Below are positions 48,365-57,289 of a stretch of DNA of 64,000 nucleotides, one piece after another; the first letter of the stretch is position 1, and the number at the start of each line of letters is the position of its first letter. This stretch comes from Deltaproteobacteria bacterium (GTDB lineage: Bacteria > Desulfobacterota > Syntrophia > Syntrophales > Smithellaceae): assembly GCA_022703375.1 (NCBI GenBank), contig JAKLDS010000001.1:13540-77539 (forward strand), given 5' to 3'. The position numbers were made by a program, and so were the translations under genes. A model generated the notes under the pieces. The model was not told the DNA's origin, ran no database searches, and saw only the letters and a list, made by a program, of their open reading frames with translations.

Positions 48365-48928
48365 TCAGGATTTATAGTTTTTCCCAATACTCCAACAATC
48401 ACCAACCACATCTCCTAGGCGATAGTATTTGACGCTGTTCATATCAAAGAGCAGTGGATCAACTTTTTTGATATCTATCTTCCCGTTATTCAGGGCTGAA
48501 TCATCGGCATAGGTGGCCACTATTTCACCGATAAACACCTCATGGAGTTCCGTATCGTAAATATCTTTCAGCCGGCACTCCATCGAAAGCGGAGCCTGCG
48601 TGATGATGGGCGCCGTTTTCAATTCGCCGAAATAATGCTCGAAAACGGATGATTTATCCACCTTCTTGCCGGAGACAAGCCCGATATAATCCACCGCGAC
48701 AACATCTTTTTGCGAAAGCAGATTGACACTGAAAGTCTTGTTCTGCTTAATCCCGGCATTGGTGTAATGGACTTTGTTAAGCCCGATGGAAATCAGGTGA
48801 TTCCGCACGGCATTGAAAATGCCGACATGAGCGATATTAATAAAGTTGACCTTATTGTCGACGGTTGCCCCTACGATGGTCACCGGCATGGGATATAAAA
48901 CATTCATGTTTCCTATTTTCTGTTTCAT
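48365..48928 (-). CDS. Flavin reductase-like (FMN-binding split-barrel) protein
   Basis: About 187 aa with the N-terminus LYPMPVTIVGATVDNKVNF typical of the flavin reductase-like domain. ATG at 48928 is preceded by ggagaa. Confidence 0.65.
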   Translation of the reverse strand: MKQKIGNMNVLYPMPVTIVGATVDNKVNFINIAHVGIFNAVRNHLISIGLNKVHYTNAGIKQNKTFSVNLLSQKDVVAVDYIGLVSGKKVDKSSVFEHYFGELKTAPIITQAPLSMECRLKDIYDTELHEVFIGEIVATYADDSALNNGKIDIKKVDPLLFDMNSVKYYRLGDVVGDCWSIGKNYKS

Positions 48929-49095
48929 TTTCTTCTCCATTTATTATGAGATGTTGTATCTTTTTTGTCCAAGGCTCTGAAAGAAATATTGTAATTATAA
49001 CTCTTGAGTAAAAATTATCCAGAGTTTATTTTGTGCCAGATGTTAATTGCCGTTTGAGATAAATATTTGCATTTTGGAGATTATTGTATTAATCA

Positions 49096-49299
49096 TTTCC
49101 CGGGGTGCCGGTATAAGTCCGGTTTCAAATCGAAGATGATATCGAGGCGGCAAGAAGGAGGCGACGAGGCGTATTTATGTATACGTTGAGGAAGCCGACT
49201 ACGAAGCCAACAAAGATAGCGCTTTGATTTGAAATTGGCGGCGGCTGAGATCATACCCTTTGTACCTGACCCGGACAATGCCGGCGTAGGGATTGGAAA
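49096..49299 (+). promoter_or_regulatory. TPP (THI-box) riboswitch with a large inserted hairpin
   Basis: Conserved cores GGGGTGCC (49102-49109), CTGAGA (49245-49250) and ACCCTTTGTACCTGACCCGGACAATGCCGGCGTAGGGA (49255-49292). P1 pairs tttcc with ggaaa. A 112-nt hairpin (tttcaaatc...gatttgaaa, 49123-49234) lies between the first two cores. Confidence 0.85.
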
Positions 49300-49315
49300 A
49301 GCTTCGCATCATTTC

Positions 49316-49349
49316 GCCATATCCTTACGAGAGAAGGATATGGCTTTTT
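49316..49349 (+). terminator. Riboswitch expression-platform terminator
   Basis: 11-bp stem gccatatcctt/aaggatatggc with loop acgagag, followed by ttttt. Confidence 0.8.
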
Positions 49350-49525
49350 AATGAGACTCGAATTGTGCGAGCGCAGCGTAGCAGAATTCGTAATTCGTAA
49401 TGAGACTTCAATTTCAAAAACGCAGCGCATAACCTAAAGTTCACACGTTGAAATTGGTAAGCCGAATTATCCCGCAGTAATGCGGGGAACTATCCCCGGA
49501 GCGAAGCGGAGCGGGGGTAGTTATA
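49349..49525 (+). repeat. Modular intergenic hairpin repeat (TAATGAGAC family), copy C
   Basis: Two TAATGAGAC units (49349, 49398), each followed by a hairpin (cgaattgtgc.../...gcagaattcg; caatttcaa.../...ttgaaattg), then an AATTATCCC terminal module with ccccggagcgaagcggagcgggg. The 3' end is approximate. Confidence 0.8.
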
Positions 49526-49661
49526 CTATATGCGGGCGCGGCGATCTCCTGATATGAAAGAGTCCTCATTCCGGTATGATAAAAATTTGCAATGACAACT
49601 TTATTGCTTACTATTAATTCGGCAATTAAATAGTTGAAAAAATTGCATCATCGGTAATTGA

Positions 49662-49848
49662 TTTCCATCCGGTTGGTTTGGCGCCGCCGGAAATATTTTG
49701 GGATAAATCTAAGGCTTGCTTCCGACGATTCCAAAACTCGTCCGCCTTTTGCGGACTCAGACACTTGGAATCGCTTGCCTTCAGCTTCGCCTTGATTTAT
49801 TTGCCAAAATATTCCCTGATTGGCCACGCCAAACCAACCGGATGGGAA
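49662..49848. other. ~190-nt extended imperfect hairpin (long inverted repeat)
   Basis: 19-nt perfect arms ccatccggttggtttggcg (49665-49683) and cgccaaaccaaccggatgg (49827-49845). Pairing continues inward (ggaaatattttgg/ccaaaatattcc, ataaatctaaggc/gccttgatttat, cgattccaa/ttggaatcg) to the apical hairpin gtccgc-cttt-tgcggac. Confidence 0.75.
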
Positions 49849-49889
49849 AATGATTTTACATATATAATGGCCGGAGCATATAGACGTAG

Positions 49890-50561
49890 ATGGCAAAACA
49901 AATAATTATCATCAGCGGGGGCAGGTTAGGAGAGGCCGCTTTTTATCAAAAGCGTCTGGCCGGGATGCTGAATTTTCTTGTTGTCTGCTGCGACGGCGGC
50001 GTTCGCCATTTGGATAAGCTCAACATTAAACCGGACGTGATTATCGGCGATATGGATTCTGTCAGCCGCGTTGAACTGGAAAAAAGAGAGGAGGCGGGAG
50101 CCCAGATAAAGCGCTATCCGCGGGAGAAGGACGCCAGCGACACGCAGCTGGCTCTGGCTTACGCTCTATCTTTAAAGCCCGACGCCATGGAAATCTGGGG
50201 GGCGCTGGGCGGGAGAATTGATCATGCTCTGGCGAATGTATTTTTGCTGGATTGGGCGGATAAAAAGGGTGCGACGGCTAAATTAATTGATGAATACTGC
50301 GAAGTATTTCTGGTGAAAAAAGAAGCCGTTTTCCATAATGCGGAGGGGCAGACTGTTTCGATTTTTGCTCTCGATGAAAAAGCCGCAGGAGTATCGCTCA
50401 GCGGTTTTCAGTATCATCTTGATAATGAAACTCTGGCGGCTGACAGTTCTCATGGCATCAGTAACTTTATTATTGACTCTCCCGCGACGATAACAGTTCA
50501 GGCAGGCAAACTGCTCGTAATTCATTACTGGCAGCAGGATATTTTTCCGGAGGCGGATTAA
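49890..50561 (+). CDS. thiN: Thiamine pyrophosphokinase
   Basis: 223 aa with motifs GDMDS, KDASDTQLAL and GGRIDHALAN. Confidence 0.85.
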   Translation: MAKQIIIISGGRLGEAAFYQKRLAGMLNFLVVCCDGGVRHLDKLNIKPDVIIGDMDSVSRVELEKREEAGAQIKRYPREKDASDTQLALAYALSLKPDAMEIWGALGGRIDHALANVFLLDWADKKGATAKLIDEYCEVFLVKKEAVFHNAEGQTVSIFALDEKAAGVSLSGFQYHLDNETLAADSSHGISNFIIDSPATITVQAGKLLVIHYWQQDIFPEAD

Positions 50562-50728
50562 TGAGACTCGAATTACGCAAGTATAGCGAAGCGGAATTCG
50601 TAAGTCGTAATGAGTCCCAGATTTCAGAAACGTAGTGCGCTGAAATCTGCAGGACGAATTATCCAATTCCGATGTATCGGAATTGGGAATTATCCCCGAG
50701 GCGAAGCCGAGTGGGATTAATTTTGGGT
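50559..50728 (+). repeat. Modular intergenic hairpin repeat (TAATGAGAC family), copy D
   Basis: TAATGAGAC at the thiN stop codon, then the hairpin cgaattacgc...gcggaattcg. A second unit taatgagtc carries cagatttcag/ctgaaatctg. The AATTATCC terminal module is nearly identical to copy A (ccaattccgatgtatcggaattgggaattatccccgaggcgaagcc). Confidence 0.85.
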
Positions 50729-50751
50729 GTATATTATGAGTTCAGATTATT

Positions 50752-51558
50752 ATGACGCTTGTTAAAGTTTTATGCATCGGCGGTTCGGATACCAGCGGCG
50801 GCGCGGGGATTCAGGCGGATTTAAAAGCAGTTAACGCCTGCGGCGCCTGGGGAATGAGCGTGATTACGGCGGTAACGGCGCAAAACACCAAAGGAGTGCA
50901 GGGTGTCTTTGCCGTTTCCGCCGAATTTGTCGGGAAACAAATAGATGCTATCATGAGCGACATTGGCGCAGATGCGGTCAAAACAGGCATGCTGCTCAAT
51001 GCCGATATTGTGGCGATGGTTGCCGATAAGATTAAGCAGTACGGCATGGAAAAATTGATTGTTGACCCAGTGATAGTGGCCAAAGGCGGCAGATATTTAT
51101 TGCAGACCAAAGCAAGGCAAACGCTGGTGAAAAAGTTATTACCGCTGGCTTTGCTTGTGACGCCCAATATCCCGGAAGCCGAAATCCTGGCCGTAATGGA
51201 GATAAAAACAATCGCTGCGATGAAGAAGGCGGCGAAAGTAATTCAGGACTGCGGCGCAAAAAATGTTTTAATTAAAGGCGGCCATCTGCCGCTCAAAAAA
51301 GAGGCAATTGATATTCTCTATGACGGCCGGGAATTTTATGAATTTTATGCGCCAAGAATAAATACGCCGCATACCCACGGTACCGGTTGCACCTATGCTT
51401 CGGCAATAGCAGCACGCCTCGCCCGCGGGGAAGAAATCGCGGAAGCAGTATTTGCGGCCAAAGAACTGGTCACAGCAGCAATTAAAAATTCCGTCCAACT
51501 GGGAACAGGGCATGGCTCGGTTAATATATTAGGGGATTTAATAAAAAGTAAGAGGTAA
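50752..51558 (+). CDS. thiD: Hydroxymethylpyrimidine/phosphomethylpyrimidine kinase
   Basis: N-terminal IGGSDTSGGAGIQADLKA and C-terminal HGTGCTYASAIAA. Confidence 0.95.
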   Translation: MTLVKVLCIGGSDTSGGAGIQADLKAVNACGAWGMSVITAVTAQNTKGVQGVFAVSAEFVGKQIDAIMSDIGADAVKTGMLLNADIVAMVADKIKQYGMEKLIVDPVIVAKGGRYLLQTKARQTLVKKLLPLALLVTPNIPEAEILAVMEIKTIAAMKKAAKVIQDCGAKNVLIKGGHLPLKKEAIDILYDGREFYEFYAPRINTPHTHGTGCTYASAIAARLARGEEIAEAVFAAKELVTAAIKNSVQLGTGHGSVNILGDLIKSKR

Positions 51559-51562
51559 AGAA

Positions 51563-52834
51563 ATGACACAACTAGAACAAGCCCGTAAGGGGAAAATATC
51601 AGAGGAAATGAAAATATGCGCTGCGGTGGAAAATGTTTCGCCGGAATTTATACGCGACGGTATAGCTGCCGGGACGATCGTTATTTGCCGCAATGTGAAT
51701 CACAGAAAGATTAAACCGCTGGCCATCGGCGCGGGGCTCAAAACAAAAGTAAATGCGAATATCGGGACATCAAAAGATCATATGGATATTGAGATGGAAT
51801 TAGCCAAGCTGAAGATTGCCGAAGAAGCCGGAGCGGATGCGGTGATGGATCTTTCCACGGGCGGCAATCTGGCGGCAATTCGTAAAGCCATTATGGAAAA
51901 GGCAACAGCGGCCATTGGCACCGTGCCGATTTATCAGGCGGCCTGCAAAGTTCTGCAGGAAAAGAAGGCGATATCCGAAATGACGGCGGATGATATATTC
52001 AACGTCATTGAAGAAAACGGTAAAGACGGTGTTGATTTCATTACCGTGCATTGTGGTGTGACGCGTGCGAGCGTGGCGGCGCTGGAAGAGCAGGGAAGAA
52101 TCCTGGGGATTGTCAGCCGCGGCGGTTCCATGACCGCCAACTGGATGGCCTGCAACAATTCGGAAAATCCGCTCTATGAACAGTATGACCGGCTTTTGGA
52201 AATTGCCCGGCGCTATGACATGGTTCTGAGTCTCGGCGACGGATTGCGCCCCGGCGCTATAGCGGATGCCACGGACAGAGGGCAATTGCAGGAATTAATC
52301 ATACTGGGAGAATTGGCAAAAAGGGCGCGGGCTGTCGGCGTTCAGGTAATGATTGAAGGCCCCGGCCATGTTCCCATTAAAGATATTGAAGCTAATATCA
52401 AATTGCAAAAAAAGATTTGTGAAGGCGCGCCGTTTTATGTGCTGGGGCCGTTGCCCACGGATATCGCGCCGGGCTATGACCATATTACATCAGCCATCGG
52501 CGGAGCGATTGCCGGGGCTGCCGGAGCCGATTTCCTCTGTTATGTCACTCCAGCGGAGCATTTGCGCCTGCCTTCCCTTAACGATGTTCGCGAAGGTGTG
52601 ATTGCGGCGCGGATTGCCGCGCATATTGCCGACATCGCCAAGGGAATCAGTGGTGCGATGAAGAGAGATATTAAAATGTCCCAATGCCGGAAAAAATTTG
52701 ACTGGCAAGGTCAGGTGAATGTGGCAATTGATCCGGAAAAAGCCAAAGAATTGCTGGAGAAAAGTAAAAGCGCGCATGACGAAGGGTGTACGATGTGCGG
52801 GGAATTCTGCGCGATAAAATTAGGTAAAAGGTGA
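51563..52834 (+). CDS. thiC: Phosphomethylpyrimidine synthase (short, anaerobe-type ThiC)
   Basis: 423 aa with motifs DLSTGG, TVHCGV and GPGHVP, and the C-terminal cluster CTMCGEFCA. Confidence 0.95.
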   Translation: MTQLEQARKGKISEEMKICAAVENVSPEFIRDGIAAGTIVICRNVNHRKIKPLAIGAGLKTKVNANIGTSKDHMDIEMELAKLKIAEEAGADAVMDLSTGGNLAAIRKAIMEKATAAIGTVPIYQAACKVLQEKKAISEMTADDIFNVIEENGKDGVDFITVHCGVTRASVAALEEQGRILGIVSRGGSMTANWMACNNSENPLYEQYDRLLEIARRYDMVLSLGDGLRPGAIADATDRGQLQELIILGELAKRARAVGVQVMIEGPGHVPIKDIEANIKLQKKICEGAPFYVLGPLPTDIAPGYDHITSAIGGAIAGAAGADFLCYVTPAEHLRLPSLNDVREGVIAARIAAHIADIAKGISGAMKRDIKMSQCRKKFDWQGQVNVAIDPEKAKELLEKSKSAHDEGCTMCGEFCAIKLGKR

Positions 52835-53046
52835 CACAATTTCGCTTGTAATTGCCGCTTTGCAAGTGGTAGTTAATTACAGGGTTGGAAACTTGTTTAC
52901 CAGAAAAACCTTGTCAGCGGCTAACTTTGTTGGCATCGTTACCGGCTTCCTCCTCTTATCGGGAGTGTACCGGTGAAACTTACTCATTGCCGCCTAGTCA
53001 TTCTTCGCAAGCGAAGCGGCATTAACAGATCCGGAAAGGAGAAAAA

Positions 53047-53355
53047 ATGATTGCTGTAATCGCGACGGTTAATTGCAAAGAAGGAAAAAGAGACGCTTAT
53101 CTGGCGGAATTGCGCAAAATTATTCCTCTGGTACGCAAAGAAGAAGGCAATATTGAATATGCGCCCTACAGTGATTTGCCATCGGGAATTCCGGTGCAGC
53201 CGCCGCTGCGGCCGGATGTGGCAGTATTAATCGAGAAATGGGAAAGCCTGGACGCGCTGAAGAAGCATTTGACAGCACCGCATATGGCTCCCTATCGTCA
53301 GGCGACAAAAGATATTGTGGTGTCCATGCAGGTGCAGGTTCTGAATCCGGCCTAA
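53047..53355 (+). CDS. ABM-domain (antibiotic biosynthesis monooxygenase / YgiN-like) protein
   Basis: 102 aa with a ferredoxin-like fold pattern (MIAVIATVNCKEGKRDAYL ... EKWESLDALKKHLTAPHM). Confidence 0.75.
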   Translation: MIAVIATVNCKEGKRDAYLAELRKIIPLVRKEEGNIEYAPYSDLPSGIPVQPPLRPDVAVLIEKWESLDALKKHLTAPHMAPYRQATKDIVVSMQVQVLNPA

Positions 53356-53436
53356 AATAAGCAGCGGAAGAAATTACGGAAAAGATGGCAGGTTCCGCTG
53401 CGGCGGGACTTGCAGCGATGAAATAATAATGAACCA

Positions 53437-54447
53437 ATGAAAAACGGAAAAATCAATCGGACAGCAACAATGCCGGTGCGGGCGGCAAGTTTTCTGGGGC
53501 CGGCGCTGCTGCCCAATCAGGATGCCCAGTGGTCGGAGGCCTTGCTGCCTTTAAATGTTGATAATCTTGTTTTGCAAATCATGGGGCAGCCGGTGCGCCG
53601 CGCCGGACGTTTTATCAAGGTGGTGTGCTGCGGAGCGCTGGCTTGCCTGCAGAGTGTGCCGCCGGAAGATTTGCAGGATAAGAAAATCGGGATATTTCCG
53701 GCCACCGGTCTTGGTAATGTTGATGAAATACTGCCTTTCATTACCCAGGTATTCAAACATGAAGGCGGCTTCCCCAGCCCCAATCAGTTTGCCAATTCCG
53801 TGAGCAATGCCGCCGCCTTTTTTCTGGCTAAGATATGCGGAGTCCAGGGAGTTGTCCTGACAATCTCTCAGGAGGAAATTTCTTTTGAGTCGGCGCTGTG
53901 GCTCGCGCAGAGTTATCTGGAACAAGGTGAAATAGAGCTGGCGCTGGTTGGCGGCTGTGATGTCTTTACTCCTTCCGTTGCCGATTATCGCGAGCGGATG
54001 AATTTGTCCGCCGCTGATTCACGGATGCTGCCGGCCGGTGAAGGCAGCTCGTGGCTTTTGCTGGGCGGCGATAAGGAAAAGAGTTTAGGAAATATTTTAG
54101 CCGTAGATTTCAGCAATGAACTGACAGCGCCCGATTGTTTTGCCGCCAATGAGCAGATATTGCGTGTTTGCGACAATTTCAGTTTACGGACGACGATTAA
54201 TTGCGGTTTGTCGCAGCAGAGTATCCGGCGCCGTCTTTTGCCCGGTTTCCGCCTGACTGGCGCATTGAGTCCTATCTGGGAACAACACGGCTGGTACAGG
54301 GAAGATTATCTTCCACACTGCGGCATTCATCCCACGGCGGCGGCTTTCGGGCTGGCACGCGCTCTGCTGTCGGTGGAGCCGGCGCTTTATCTGCATTATA
54401 ATTGCCACGCTGCGGGGAAACTGGCAGTTGTGGCGGCCGCAAAGTGA
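53437..54447 (+). CDS. Beta-ketoacyl synthase N-terminal-like protein lacking the catalytic Cys
   Basis: 336 aa resembling thiolase-fold KS/chain-length-factor proteins (NSVSNAAAFFLAKICGVQG ... LALVGGCD ... GEGSSWLLLG). Ser-Asn occupies the position where KS enzymes carry the active-site Cys. Confidence 0.5.
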   Translation: MKNGKINRTATMPVRAASFLGPALLPNQDAQWSEALLPLNVDNLVLQIMGQPVRRAGRFIKVVCCGALACLQSVPPEDLQDKKIGIFPATGLGNVDEILPFITQVFKHEGGFPSPNQFANSVSNAAAFFLAKICGVQGVVLTISQEEISFESALWLAQSYLEQGEIELALVGGCDVFTPSVADYRERMNLSAADSRMLPAGEGSSWLLLGGDKEKSLGNILAVDFSNELTAPDCFAANEQILRVCDNFSLRTTINCGLSQQSIRRRLLPGFRLTGALSPIWEQHGWYREDYLPHCGIHPTAAAFGLARALLSVEPALYLHYNCHAAGKLAVVAAAK

Positions 54448-54463
54448 ACTTCAAAATAATATT

Positions 54464-54553
54464 CCCTCTCCCTCGACGGGAGAGGGAAAGGGTGAGGGTG
54501 AAAATGTTTTTGTAACCCCTCCCCTCAATCCCCTCCCACAAGTGGCGGGGAAG
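54464..54553. repeat. G/C-tract hairpin repeat (CCCTCTCCC...GGGAGAGGG, GGGTGAGGGTG type)
   Basis: Hairpin ccctctccc-tcgac-gggagaggg, then aaagggtgagggtg, then cccctcccctcaatcccctccc on the other arm. This resembles a short intergenic repeat seen in many bacterial genomes. Confidence 0.6.
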
Positions 54554-54743
54554 TTATCAGGTGGCATATTTAAAGAAATAACATGATTTCATCAGCACAG
54601 AAAAAACGCGTCGTTCTTGTTCATCCGCGCGGGTTTAACTGTTTTTCCGGCACGGCCGAGTTATTTGAAAAAAGATGGTTTTTTTAGTAATATGACGTAT
54701 ATATTATTAAAACATTATAATTGTTGGTTCAGTATCAGACTGG

Positions 54744-56147
54744 ATGGATTGTATGGAATTAGATCCGTTGCTGGCTCAGGAGATTATCAAAAGTATAGAT
54801 GCCTTAGCGGTATGTGATACCGAGGGGCGTTACATCTATGTTAACCAGGGTTGGGTAGAATGGCTGGGGATACGTCCGGAAGATGTTATGGGCAAATACG
54901 TAAGAGATGTTGTGAAAGATACCAAAATCGATATTGTCCTGAGAACGAAACAGCCTGTGGTAGGCGAGATCCTTATGACAAGCAAGGATAATCCCCATGT
55001 CGAGGAAACAACAATTGTCAATTATTATCCGATATTCAGGGAAGGAAAGTTCGTTGCCGCTATCGGCTTCATCATTGTCAAAAGCACCAATCTGGCTTTA
55101 AGCTTAAGGAAGAGGCTGTCGCATCTTGACAAGGAAGTTAAATTATTAAAGGGCGAACTGCATAAATTACAGGGATCGCGCTACAATATCGATAACATCA
55201 TCGGCGATAGTCCGCCCATGAGAAGAATGAAAAAACAAATTTTTCAGGCCGCACGGTCCAACTCGACAGTTCTCGTTGATGGAGAAACCGGCACGGGGAA
55301 AGAGTTAGTTGCCCACGCCATTCATAATGCCAGCCAGCGTAACGCCTCCAGCTTTATCAAAATCAATTGTGCGGCAATTCCCGCCGACCTGCTCGAAGCC
55401 GAACTGTTTGGCTATGAAGGAGGAGCGTTTACCGGAGCCATCAGGTCAGGGAGGCAGGGCAAATTTGAAATGGCCGATAAGGGCAGCCTGTTCCTGGATG
55501 AAATTAACCAACTGCCCCTGGCTTTGCAGCCCAAGCTGCTCAGAGTGCTGCAGGAACGGGAAGTGGACAGGATCGGCGGCAGGGCGAGTCTGCAGGTCGA
55601 TGTTCGGGTTATTGTCGCCACTAACGTGGCTTTGGATAAGCTGGTTGAAGAACAAAAATTCCGTAGTGACTTGTTTTACCGGCTGAATGTCATGTCAATC
55701 ACTGTCCCGCCTCTCCGGGAGAGGAAAGAAGATTTGCCACTGCTCATTGTCGAGTTAACCAACAGACTCAACCGCCAGCTGGGAGTTGATGTGAAAGGTG
55801 TAACGCCGGAAGTGCTTAAATTGTTTGCAGAGTATGATTGGCCGGGAAACGTGCGTGAACTCCAGAACGTTTTGGAACGGGCAATGAATATTGCCTGGAG
55901 AGGCACTTTGGAATTGAAGCACTTTGATTGGTTTATCAAAAACCGGCTAATACCTGTTGCGGCAGTTGCCAATGAGTCAACTGCGAACAGTTCCCTCAAG
56001 GAAATTAAAAATGCAAGTGAAAAGGCAGCTCTCGATGAAGCCCTGAGGAGTTGCGGTAATAATAAGACACATGCCGCGAGGAAGCTGAAAATTTCCCGCA
56101 CGATGATCTACAAAAAAATGCGTCACTTCGGCATGTCATGTAAATAA
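54744..56147 (+). CDS. Sigma-54-dependent transcriptional activator (PAS - AAA+ - Fis-type HTH)
   Basis: Walker A GETGTGKE, the GAFTGA loop (EGGAFTGA), and C-terminal HTH HAARKLKISRTMIYKKM. Confidence 0.9.
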   Translation: MDCMELDPLLAQEIIKSIDALAVCDTEGRYIYVNQGWVEWLGIRPEDVMGKYVRDVVKDTKIDIVLRTKQPVVGEILMTSKDNPHVEETTIVNYYPIFREGKFVAAIGFIIVKSTNLALSLRKRLSHLDKEVKLLKGELHKLQGSRYNIDNIIGDSPPMRRMKKQIFQAARSNSTVLVDGETGTGKELVAHAIHNASQRNASSFIKINCAAIPADLLEAELFGYEGGAFTGAIRSGRQGKFEMADKGSLFLDEINQLPLALQPKLLRVLQEREVDRIGGRASLQVDVRVIVATNVALDKLVEEQKFRSDLFYRLNVMSITVPPLRERKEDLPLLIVELTNRLNRQLGVDVKGVTPEVLKLFAEYDWPGNVRELQNVLERAMNIAWRGTLELKHFDWFIKNRLIPVAAVANESTANSSLKEIKNASEKAALDEALRSCGNNKTHAARKLKISRTMIYKKMRHFGMSCK

Positions 56148-56183
56148 TTGTTTACAGTTAACAAAAGTTTACGCCAAGATTAC

Positions 56184-56231
56184 ATGAAAACAGGCGTAAT
56201 TTGTAAACTTTATTATACACAACAAATTTCC
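56184..56231. promoter_or_regulatory. Candidate upstream activator sequence (inverted GTTTAC/GTAAAC repeats)
   Basis: aaagtttacgcc ... ggcgtaatttgtaaacttt lies 85-130 bp upstream of the -24/-12 promoter. Confidence 0.4.
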
Positions 56232-56313
56232 CGCATCAATCAGATTAGAACCTTGATTTTGCAATATATTGAAATAATGACGTTATTTTACGATAAGCTT
56301 TAGTTGGCAATCC

Positions 56314-56328
56314 TGGCATATGATTTGC
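56314..56328 (+). promoter_or_regulatory. Sigma-54 (-24/-12) promoter
   Basis: TGGCAT-atgat-TTGCT has the exact consensus spacing of TGGCAC-N5-TTGCW. It lies about 100 nt upstream of the MBL hydrolase gene and directly downstream of the sigma-54 activator gene. Confidence 0.7.
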
Positions 56329-56430
56329 TCTTATTGGTAGACGTGTTTGTCTGGGGAAATGAAGAGTGTCAAATGGTAATTTGACATAACACAATTTAGG
56401 AACTATTTTTTGCATAGGGAGCTAGCAGAC

Positions 56431-57243
56431 ATGTCGCAATGGCTTATCCGACCGTTAGTTTTTGGTGCTATCGAAGTTAAAAAAGATCAATTAACTGCCG
56501 GTCTGGATATTGGATTGCCGTTGCAGGTTCCGTATCTGGGCTTTTACTTGACGGAAGGCAATCGTAAAGTTCTCTGCGATACGGGCATTAATGCCAAATA
56601 TATTATTGATGGGAAGGCCTGGGCGGGCAGCCCTGCCGAAGGCGGAGAAAAATGGGTACTGCAGGCGCTGGCCGCAGAGGGTTTAACCCCGGATGAAATA
56701 GATACCGTAATTTACTCCCATCTTCATAACGACCATGCCGGCAACTGCCATCTTTTTCCGCACGCCCGCCACGTTTTTCAGGATGCCGAGTGGAAAGAAT
56801 TGCTCGATCCGCTGCCGTCAATGATGATCAGAGGGGATTTTGACCAAAGCCTGATTCCCGAAATGAAAAGCCTCAACTGTCAAAGAATAGTCGGAGATGT
56901 CGAATTATTCGATGGTTTGTCTCTTATCCTGACACCCGGCCATACGGCGGGCAGCCAGTGCCTGCTTGTATCAACCCGGCAAGGTGTTTATATTATCGCC
57001 GGTGATACTGTTCATGTTTTACCCATTGCTTTTCCGGCCATGAAGGAAATGACTCTGATGGATGGCTCTCGTCTGAAAATTACCCCGGCGCCGAAACACT
57101 GGGGGGCGGCAGTGCCGTCCAGCCTGGTATATGATCATTATGCGTGGTACCGCTCAGTTTATCGTATTCAGTCATTACTGAGAAGCCCGGAGTATCTTAT
57201 CGCCGGGCATGAGCCTTCAATTGTCGGCAAGGTTTTTGGTTGA
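56431..57243 (+). CDS. MBL-fold metallo-hydrolase (lactonase-like)
   Basis: HxHxDH motif (SHLHNDHAGN) and downstream TPGHTAGS. ATG at 56431; the TTG at 56410 is an alternative start. Confidence 0.8.
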   Translation: MSQWLIRPLVFGAIEVKKDQLTAGLDIGLPLQVPYLGFYLTEGNRKVLCDTGINAKYIIDGKAWAGSPAEGGEKWVLQALAAEGLTPDEIDTVIYSHLHNDHAGNCHLFPHARHVFQDAEWKELLDPLPSMMIRGDFDQSLIPEMKSLNCQRIVGDVELFDGLSLILTPGHTAGSQCLLVSTRQGVYIIAGDTVHVLPIAFPAMKEMTLMDGSRLKITPAPKHWGAAVPSSLVYDHYAWYRSVYRIQSLLRSPEYLIAGHEPSIVGKVFG

Positions 57244-57289
57244 TGTCTGTTAGTAGTTGCTGAATCATTAAAAGAGGAGGCGCCTGCAG

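Noticed and set aside
49093-49278. 61-aa minus-strand ORF upstream of the thi genes
   Set aside because: It coincides with the plus-strand TPP riboswitch, whose conserved cores explain the sequence conservation. It has no RBS.
54272-54541. 89-aa minus-strand ORF containing FTLTLSLSRRGRGNI
   Set aside because: Its 5' half is generated by the G/C-tract hairpin repeat (gggagaggg/gggtgagggtg) and its 3' half is antisense to the KS-like gene. This is a typical spurious repeat-derived ORF.
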